A stretch of DNA of 64,000 bases, from assembly GCA_965200315.1 (NCBI GenBank), contig OZ241362.1, forward strand, positions 1,056,001 to 1,120,000, in the 5' to 3' direction. Origin of the DNA: Candidatus Latescibacterota bacterium. Its GTDB lineage: Bacteria > Latescibacterota > UBA2968 > UBA8231. A program made the position numbers and the translations under genes. Under the pieces are notes generated by a model, which was not told the DNA's origin, did no database searches, and saw nothing but the letters and a program-made list of their open reading frames with translations. Shown one piece after another: positions 57,194 to 64,000 of this stretch. Position 1 is the stretch's first letter. The number at the start of each line of letters is the position of its first letter.

Positions 57194-57471
57194 CTCAATA
57201 CCAAGTCCTTTACTGGCGCGACATCCCCGTGCAGATCAAGCTCTTTGCCGGCCGCCGGCCGAGTTCACACACCCTACCCGCCCGCTTCCAACTCGCGATC
57301 GACCGCATCGCCATGCAGGAAGGGCTCGTGGGCACCGACGCCTATTTGGACCAGTGGCATTGGTCCGCAAAGCAAGAGCGCGCCGGCACCCCCGAAGACG
57401 TGCTGCAGACGCTCTTGCGCGAAACCGAAGAGGAAGGCGACCGCATCCTCGCCGCGTATAAACAATCGTGA
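57190..57471 (+). CDS. Virulence_fact-domain small protein (usually near split MetH/MetF genes)
   Basis: YWRDIPVQI...[15 protein letters not shown]...DAYLDQW. Confidence 0.85.
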   Translation: MTQYQVLYWRDIPVQIKLFAGRRPSSHTLPARFQLAIDRIAMQEGLVGTDAYLDQWHWSAKQERAGTPEDVLQTLLRETEEEGDRILAAYKQS

Positions 57472-59342
57472 TTTTCTACGACAAAGAGTACCAAGTCATC
57501 GTCGTCGGCGGCGGCCACGCCGGCACCGAGGCCGCACTCGCCGCGGCGCGCATGGGAGCCGAGACCCTGCTCCTGACCATGAACTTGGACACCATTGGCC
57601 AGCTATCCTGTAACCCGGCTATCGGCGGGATCGGCAAGGGGCACATCGTCAAGGAAATCGACGCGCTTGGCGGCCAGATGGCCGTCAACATCGACCGCAC
57701 CGGCATCCAATTCCGCCGCCTCAACACCTCGCGCGGGCCAGCCGTGCGCGCCTCGCGCGCCCAAGCCGACAAAAAGGACTACCAATTCGAGCTGAAGTAC
57801 ACCTGCGAACAGCAAGAGCATCTCGACATCCGCCAGGGCCTGATGGAGAGCTTGCTAATCGAGGATGGAGCCGTCCAAGGCGTCGGCATCAAGGGCGGCA
57901 TCGCCTACCGCGGGCGCACCGTCATCCTCACGACCGGCACCTTCCTGCGCGGCAAAATTCACGTCGGCGATTTTTCTTATAGCGCCGGGCGCACCGGCGA
58001 GACTGCCGCCGAAAAAGCCGCCGAGGGCTTGGTCGCGCTCGGCTTTGAAACCGGACGCCTCAAAACCGGCACTCCACCGCGCATCAACGGTCGCACCCTC
58101 GACTTTGCCGCGTTTGAAGAACAGCCCGGCGACGACCCACCGCGCCCCTTTTCATATTCGGTGCCCAAAATCACCCAGCCGCAAATGCCCTGTTGGATCA
58201 CCTACACCAACGCCCACACCCACGAAATCGTCCAAGAGAACCTGTCGCGCTCGGCCATGTACAGCGGGCGCATCGAGGGCATCGGCCCGCGCTATTGCCC
58301 CTCCATAGAGGACAAAATCGCACGCTTTGCCGACAAGGAGCGGCACCAAGTTTTCGTCGAGCCAGAGGGGCGGCGCACCCTCGAGTTTTATCTCAACGGC
58401 CTGTCGATGAGCCTGCCGGAAGCCCTGCAACCCCAGATCGTGCGCTCCCTGCCCGGCCTCGAACGGGCCGAGATTCTGCGCCCGGCGTACGCGGTCGAAT
58501 ACGATTACGCCCCGCCGACCCAACTCTACCCGCACCTAGAGACCAAGCGCGTGGCCAATCTCTTCTTCGCCGGCCAAATAAACGGCACCACTGGCTACGA
58601 AGAAGCTGCGGCCCAAGGGATTATGGCCGGCATCAACGCCGTGCTCAAGGCTCGCGGCGACGACCCGCTCGTGCTCACGCGCGCCGATGCGTACATCGGC
58701 GTCCTAATTGACGACCTCGTGACCAAAGGTACGCTGGAGCCGTACCGCATCTTCACCTCGCGCGCCGAGCACCGCCTGCTCTTGCGCGAGGACAATGCCG
58801 ATGACCGCCTGATGGCCAAGGGCCGGGCGCTAGGGCTGATCGACGACGACCTGTGGCACCAGTTTCAAACCAAGCAGCAACAAGTCGCCGCCGAGCGCGA
58901 ACGCCTACAGCACGAGCGCGTCAAACCGACCGAAAAGGTGCAAGAGGTCTTGGCGCGCCAAGGTACCACTCCCATCACTGAATCGACCTCGCTCGCCGAG
59001 TTGCTGCGTCGCCCCCAACTCAACTACGACCACCTCTGCGAATTCGCCCCACCACCACAGCCTCTCTCGCCAAACGCGGCCGAACACGTCGAGGCCGAGA
59101 TTAAATACGCGGGGTACATCAAGCGCCAAGAGACCCAAGCGCAAAAGCTCAAGCGCCTCGAATCCCTGCGCCTGCCAGTCGATTTTGACTTCGCCGCTTC
59201 CAGCCTGAACATTTCAACCGAGGCGCGCCAAAAGCTCGCGGCGATCCGCCCACAGACGCTAGGACAGGCGTCGCGCATTTCCGGGGTCTCACCTGCGGAC
59301 CTCGCTTCGCTCATGGTCTTCTTGCACGCCCGCTCCCAATGA
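57468..59342 (+). CDS. mnmG: tRNA U34 carboxymethylaminomethyl modification enzyme
   Basis: [55 protein letters not shown]. Confidence 0.97.
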   Translation: MIFYDKEYQVIVVGGGHAGTEAALAAARMGAETLLLTMNLDTIGQLSCNPAIGGIGKGHIVKEIDALGGQMAVNIDRTGIQFRRLNTSRGPAVRASRAQADKKDYQFELKYTCEQQEHLDIRQGLMESLLIEDGAVQGVGIKGGIAYRGRTVILTTGTFLRGKIHVGDFSYSAGRTGETAAEKAAEGLVALGFETGRLKTGTPPRINGRTLDFAAFEEQPGDDPPRPFSYSVPKITQPQMPCWITYTNAHTHEIVQENLSRSAMYSGRIEGIGPRYCPSIEDKIARFADKERHQVFVEPEGRRTLEFYLNGLSMSLPEALQPQIVRSLPGLERAEILRPAYAVEYDYAPPTQLYPHLETKRVANLFFAGQINGTTGYEEAAAQGIMAGINAVLKARGDDPLVLTRADAYIGVLIDDLVTKGTLEPYRIFTSRAEHRLLLREDNADDRLMAKGRALGLIDDDLWHQFQTKQQQVAAERERLQHERVKPTEKVQEVLARQGTTPITESTSLAELLRRPQLNYDHLCEFAPPPQPLSPNAAEHVEAEIKYAGYIKRQETQAQKLKRLESLRLPVDFDFAASSLNISTEARQKLAAIRPQTLGQASRISGVSPADLASLMVFLHARSQ

Positions 59343-59391
59343 CGATAAAACGATGAGTACATTATACAGCCCAATCGGGGCGTGTATGAGC

Positions 59392-59420
59392 TTGACGCTG
59401 TTTCGCACCTTTGTTAAGCT
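59392..59420 (+). promoter_or_regulatory. Sigma70 promoter of the methylase gene
   Basis: TTGACG-17bp-TAAGCT; SD GAAGGAG before ATG 59487. Confidence 0.55.
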
Positions 59421-59486
59421 CGATTGGTTCGCTCCTGAGGCGTTCATTGTATCATTACCAACTCCACAACCGAAGGAGTGAATGCT

Positions 59487-60535
59487 ATGGGCAATAGTCT
59501 AATAATTCAGCAAGTCATAGATGGACAACGAGACCTTGGATTATTGAAAGGAAACTGCCGAGAAGTTATTAAAACGATACCGGACGATAGCATTGACTGC
59601 GTAATAACGTCGCCTCCCTACTGGCAATTAAGAGAGTACGACATAAGTGAAGACACAGATCAGCTAATAGGCACAGAGAAAACTCCCGAGGAATACGTAA
59701 ATCACATTACAGAAGTTTTTAAGCAAATCAAAAGAATTCTGAAAAAGACGGGATCGGTATGGCTAAATCTCGGAGACAAATACCACAATAAAAATCTAAT
59801 GGGGATGCCTTGGCGCGTTGCTCTGGCTATGCAGGACGATGGTTGGATTTTGCGAAACGATGTAATTTGGTCGCAAATGAAGGGGACGCAAAGTGCTAAA
59901 GACAGATTGCGGGATATGTACGAACATATTTTCCACTTTGTAAAAAACAAGAAATACTACTACGACGCAGATAGCATAAGAATTAAACCTACGAAACTCC
60001 CTAAAGTAACAGGTAACGAGACTATATCAGCGACTGGTGTGAGTGGCAAAAAATACCGTCAGCAAATTATCGACTCGGATGCCTTAACTCAAAGCGAAAA
60101 AACGCCGCCATAAAAGCACTCGACGAGACGCTAGGAAGAATTCGCTCCGGCGAACTCGTCGATTTCAGAATGACAATTCGAGGAACGCAACGCACGTACC
60201 ACAGCAACAACGGTAAAGTGAGTGGACGAGCGAAAGAACTGGAGAATAAAGGGTATTTTATTTTAACGAGTAAATCCAAGGGATACATTCCATCCGATAT
60301 ATGGAATATAGTGCCAGAGGATGAGTGGAGGAAAGATGCCCATTACGCCGTGTTTCCCATTGAATTATTGCAAATTCCGATCAAAGCTACCAGTCGCAAA
60401 AAAGGTATAGTTCTCGATCCATTTATGGGAACTGGCAGTACCCTAGTCGCCGCTAATCAAATTGAATTGAGTGACGACTACATAAAGGTCGCTAATCAAA
60501 GATTAGAAAAAATCCAGTTGAGTTTCAGAATGTAG
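59487..60535 (+). pseudogene. N4-cytosine (beta-class) DNA methyltransferase, frameshifted
   Basis: TSPPY in ORF1; HYAVFP and DPFMGTGST in ORF2; frames join at the A6 run 60097-60102 (one more A gives EKNAAIKALDETL...). Confidence 0.85.
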
Positions 60536-61390
60536 GTTCAACCTAGAACTTATATTTCTTTTGAATTCACCGACGGTTGGAAATTTATCCTTGGTGGCTC
60601 CCCCTAGAATTTTTCGTATTCCTTCAGTATTAGTTCCCATCCTCTTATCAAAAACCAATTTCCATGTAGAGCTATTTTCTCGCCAAATCATTTTGAACGT
60701 ACAGAAGTGAACAGAATAATCGTCAGTTGCTTCGTGTAAATCACTAGCATCAGTGGTACTTACTATATAATCGAGACCTACATCTTGTAGTACGAATACT
60801 ATTTTCTTAACCCAAGATTCTACCACCATCCCCTTTTTATAGATCTGTTGCATCATCGTCTTCGTAAACTCATTCGCCCAATTTATACCGTATCCATAGG
60901 TTTTCTTTGTAAATCCTTCTGTCCTCTGAAAGTCTAAAAATGCTTCCCAAGGCGTTCCCGTGGTGCCGGCTGCTTGAAATTCAACGCAAACAAAATCCTC
61001 GATTCCTTCATCGCTAACTTTTGCCGCGACAAAGTCGATACTACCTGCCACACCACATGACACTTCTGATGTCCATAGTATTTTGCTCTCTGATATCTGG
61101 CCTTCAAAATACAATTTTTCAATAGTTTCATAGATGATCTCCTCTAGCCGATGAGGACAAATGATAATAGGGGAAGTCTTTTCTAGAAATGTCCCCTTAT
61201 AGCCCACTGAACAAACACCTATTTTAATTTCTGGTTGACTCTTTCGCGGCTTTTTACATTCGCCGTCAAGAAACGGACAGAACTGTTCTTGCCGTGCCGC
61301 TTGAGCACTTGAAGAAACATCTACAAAAGAGTAGCCGAATATCTCTGTTGGATGATTGGTAATTTTTGGTTCTTGCACAGTATATTTCAC
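60503..61390 (-). CDS. NotI-family restriction endonuclease
   Basis: CPF...C.K...GVCSV...IICPHRL (Cys4 metal site), IDFV...VEFQAAGTTG, GINW, QQIYKKG; low GC; convergent with the methylase. Confidence 0.8.
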   Translation of the reverse strand: MKYTVQEPKITNHPTEIFGYSFVDVSSSAQAARQEQFCPFLDGECKKPRKSQPEIKIGVCSVGYKGTFLEKTSPIIICPHRLEEIIYETIEKLYFEGQISESKILWTSEVSCGVAGSIDFVAAKVSDEGIEDFVCVEFQAAGTTGTPWEAFLDFQRTEGFTKKTYGYGINWANEFTKTMMQQIYKKGMVVESWVKKIVFVLQDVGLDYIVSTTDASDLHEATDDYSVHFCTFKMIWRENSSTWKLVFDKRMGTNTEGIRKILGGATKDKFPTVGEFKRNISSRLNLHSETQLDFF

Positions 61391-61417
61391 CGAATTAAGG
61401 TGTCCGGGTTGCTATAT

Positions 61418-61459
61418 AAAAAACGCCCCTGCACGGCAACAGCAGTGCAAGAGCGTCCA
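61418..61459 (-). terminator. Intrinsic terminator of the radC/DUF151 transcript
   Basis: Minus strand GACGCTCTTGCAC-loop-GTGCAGGGGCG-TTTTTT. Confidence 0.65.
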
Positions 61460-61483
61460 AGCGCGGCGCGGCGAAAGCAACTT

Positions 61484-62176
61484 TTAGCTTTCAGATTCTA
61501 GCTCGCTGATGCGGTCGCGGACCTGGGCCGCCTGCTCGTAGGCCTCTTGGGCGATGAGCCAGTCCAAGTGCGCCTTGAGCTGTTCCAATCGGCTTATCGG
61601 CTCGCCCGTCTCCGGATCCACGAACGCCTCCGACTTCTTCGCGACTTGCTCGCGCTCGGCCTCTTCGTCCTCTACCGGCACATCCGGTGGCACAGCGGCT
61701 TGTTCGTCCTCGACCGCTGTGCGCTCGTCGGAGTGTTCCAGCGGCTGGCCGGCCGCCTCCATGACCTCTGGGGTCAAAAAGAGCGGCACACCCAAGAGCG
61801 TGGCCACAATCATGCCATCGCTGGGACGACAGTCGAGGTAGAAGGACTGGCCCTGAGCTTGGACCAGCAGGTACGCGTGGAAAACATCCTCTTTGAGCGT
61901 GTGAACCACCAGCTTGTGGACCACGGCGTCGATTCGCTTGAGCAGGTTGCACAACAGGTCGTGCGGCAGGGGCCGCGGCAAGGAGATTTTGCGGAGCGCC
62001 ATGGCGAGAGCTTGGCCCTCAAAGTGGCCGATCGTGATGGGCACCACGATGTTTTCCGTACCCTTGAGCAACACCAAGAATTTCTGCGGCATGCCCAAGC
62101 CCTGTTCCGAGTCTGGGTAGGGGTACATGTCGAAAATGTACACTGGAATTAAATGGCTTCCTTCGTCTTTCATCAC
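61484..62176 (-). CDS. Bifunctional nuclease (DUF151) with C-terminal UVR motif
   Basis: PITIGHFEGQAL, PRPLPHDL, DCRPSDG, EAYEQAAQVRDRI. Confidence 0.9.
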   Translation of the reverse strand: MMKDEGSHLIPVYIFDMYPYPDSEQGLGMPQKFLVLLKGTENIVVPITIGHFEGQALAMALRKISLPRPLPHDLLCNLLKRIDAVVHKLVVHTLKEDVFHAYLLVQAQGQSFYLDCRPSDGMIVATLLGVPLFLTPEVMEAAGQPLEHSDERTAVEDEQAAVPPDVPVEDEEAEREQVAKKSEAFVDPETGEPISRLEQLKAHLDWLIAQEAYEQAAQVRDRISELESES

Positions 62177-62253
62177 TTAGCGAACCCTTGCCTTATATAA
62201 ATTGCTGTATTTGTTCAGTAATATAGGCTTTTGCCGAGCAAATACAATTTTCT

Positions 62254-62973
62254 TTAAATCAAGCCGCGCTCCTTCAAGCTGAGAAAATCGTCGCTGCCGA
62301 TGATGAGGTGGTCTAGCACGTCAATGCCCATGATTTCGCCGGCCTGCACTAAGCGCCGCGTCAGGTTGATGTCGTCTTGGCTGGGCGACACGTCACCAGA
62401 GGGGTGATTGTGTGCCAAGATCACGCTGGCCGCAGCCTGCGCTACAGCCGTGCGAAAGACCTCGCGCGGATGCACGATGGCCGAAGATAGACTGCCGATG
62501 GACACGATTTCCTTGTGGATCACCTGATTGCGGGCGTTGAGATACAGGCAGAGAAAGTGCTCGCGCTGCTGATCCTTGATGTCGGACAGCATGGACAGCG
62601 CGTCGCCAGGCGCACTAATCACCGGCCGCACCCCCAAGCCCTTGTGCAATCCGCGGCGCGCCAATTCAAACGCCGCGACCAAAACCCCGGCCTTGGCCTT
62701 GCCCAGCCCTTTGATCCGGCTCAATTCCCCCAAATCCATATCTACCAGTGATTCCTTGGGGTAATCGGCGAGGATGCCCTCGGCCAAGTCCAGCACGTGC
62801 CGACCGCGATACCCCGTCCCCAAGGCTATGGCCAACAATTCTTGGTCTTTGAGCGCCTGCGGCCCCAAGCGCGCGAGCCGCTCCCTTGGCAGTTCGTCGC
62901 GGTGGACAGGCGGGCCCTCGCCCACTGTGCGGGTGGCAAAGTTGTAGTCAATGGGCTGAATTTGCGTTGGCAC
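62254..62973 (-). CDS. radC: RadC (JAB domain) protein
   Basis: PRERL...ELLAI.LGTG, HPREVF, AHNHPSGDVSPSQDD, LDHLII; SD AAGGAGG before GTG 62973. Confidence 0.95.
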   Translation of the reverse strand: MPTQIQPIDYNFATRTVGEGPPVHRDELPRERLARLGPQALKDQELLAIALGTGYRGRHVLDLAEGILADYPKESLVDMDLGELSRIKGLGKAKAGVLVAAFELARRGLHKGLGVRPVISAPGDALSMLSDIKDQQREHFLCLYLNARNQVIHKEIVSIGSLSSAIVHPREVFRTAVAQAAASVILAHNHPSGDVSPSQDDINLTRRLVQAGEIMGIDVLDHLIIGSDDFLSLKERGLI

Positions 62974-63071
62974 GGTGCGTTCCTCCTTAGGCAAAGCTGT
63001 AGCAAAAAAACCACGCGAATGTAGCACCTAGCCCCCACAAGCCGCTCGGCACTAGACGCAATCAACATACA

Positions 63072-63087
63072 AGCACAATCTGTGCCA
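63072..63087 (-). promoter_or_regulatory. Candidate sigma54 promoter upstream of radC
   Basis: Minus strand TGGCACAGATTGTGCT = GG-N10-GC with TGGCAC. Confidence 0.5.
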
Positions 63088-63143
63088 GCCTTGCTCCACC
63101 CCAGCCCCCCTCCTATATTTTTGTGCATTACCCTCCACTGCCG

Positions 63144-64000
63144 ATGTCTAACCCTCGCTTCGTCTTGGCCCTAACCCCGCTTTCCCGCCTGCTGCTGGCC
63201 GCACTGAGTGGGGTCTTGCTCTCGCTGGCTTTTCCCAGTCACCCAGATCACCCGCTCGCCTTTCTCTATCATCCGCTCTGGGCCCATTGTGCGCTGGTGC
63301 CTTTGCTGCTGGTGCTGAAAGATCGCGGCTTCAAAGCCGGCTTTGCCGCGGGCTGGATCAGCGGCTTGGTTTGGAACCTACTATCCCTGTACTGGGTCGC
63401 CTATACCCAAGGCGGGGGGCTTGCCGTCGTCGGGGGCACCGGGCTGATGGCCGCTTATTTGGGCCTTTTTACCGGCCTCTGCACTGGGCTGTTCAACGCG
63501 CTCGCCGCGCGGTGGGGTGCAAAGGCGCTCGCGCTGCTGCCTTTGTTGTGGACCGGGCAGGAATATCTGCTCTCGCTCGGGGAGTTGGGATTTCCTTGGC
63601 TCCTATTGGGGCACAGCCAAGCGGCCCTGCCACACTTCATCCAGTACGCCACTTGGACCGGCGTCTTTGGCGTCTCCTGCTGGGTCGTCGGCCTCAACGC
63701 GCTGTTTTACTTGGCGCTCGTCGAGCGGCGCGTTTTTCTCGTGGGTGTTGCCTTGAGCTATCTCTTGCCTTGGGTTCACGCTCAGAGCGCGATGGCGACC
63801 ACCGTCCCGGACGAGAGCCTGCGCATCGGCCTGATCCAGCCGAACACTACATACGCCGACAAGTGGGGTCCCAACGGACTGGAGCGCACTTTCTCAGCTC
63901 TAGCCACACTCTCGCGCCAAGCGGCCAAGCGCGATCCCGAGCTGCTAGTCTGGCCCGAGACTGCCGTGCCGTGCGATCCTGTGCGCCGGGCTGGTTGCCG
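63144..64000 (+). CDS. lnt: Apolipoprotein N-acyltransferase, runs off the window at its 3' end
   Basis: Manual translation: LLSLAFP...LYWV...GFPWLLLGHSQ...GVFGVS...IQPN...KW...LVWPETA. Confidence 0.92.
   Translation, partial: MSNPRFVLALTPLSRLLLAALSGVLLSLAFPSHPDHPLAFLYHPLWAHCALVPLLLVLKDRGFKAGFAAGWISGLVWNLLSLYWVAYTQGGGLAVVGGTGLMAAYLGLFTGLCTGLFNALAARWGAKALALLPLLWTGQEYLLSLGELGFPWLLLGHSQAALPHFIQYATWTGVFGVSCWVVGLNALFYLALVERRVFLVGVALSYLLPWVHAQSAMATTVPDESLRIGLIQPNTTYADKWGPNGLERTFSALATLSRQAAKRDPELLVWPETAVPCDPVRRAGC

Noticed and set aside
60090-60113. Programmed -1 ribosomal frameshift in the methylase
   Set aside because: GAA AAA ACG does not form an in-frame X XXY YYZ heptamer, no clear stimulatory hairpin follows, and a second lesion exists downstream
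62205-62219. LexA (SOS) box near radC/DUF151
   Set aside because: CTG-N8-CAG spacing does not fit CTG-N10-CAG, and the LexA motif of this lineage is unknown

Overview
High-GC bacterial chromosomal segment; the gene content (LptE, Lnt, CRTAC1, HEAT lipoprotein, SSS transporter) suggests a diderm heterotroph, but the taxon cannot be fixed from sequence alone. (1) 1-8430 is a defence island. A type III R-M system has its res and mod genes separated by a Schlafen/AlbA_2-ATPase gene with an unusual beta-rich C-terminus, an intact BrnT/BrnA pair, a relic of an MntA/HepT pair and a truncated hicB. Upstream is a three-gene module: a HigB-like toxin inactivated by two in-frame stops (absent from the ORF track), a HigA-like antitoxin with a long tail, and DUF3467. 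(2) 8460-45445 is mostly housekeeping and envelope genes (addAB, pgi, gnd, dsbD, a divergent ribB, rarA fusion, transporters, lptE, M23, coaX, ctpA, lipA). (3) 45420-57471 is a FadR-controlled cobalamin/folate methyl-transfer cluster: an unknown protein with two CGHxH repeats, MtaA/CmuA-type methyltransferase, corrinoid protein, RACo activator, MetF with Cys-rich C-terminus, MeTr, homocysteine methyltransferase and a Virulence_fact protein. It is interrupted by apparently foreign inserts and coupled to mnmG. (4) 59487-61390 is a low-GC R-M pair with a doubly damaged N4-C methylase and an apparently intact NotI-family nuclease, followed by DUF151, radC and lnt. No rRNA, tRNA, CRISPR array, integrase or transposase was seen. 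All family assignments come from motif recognition, not database searches.
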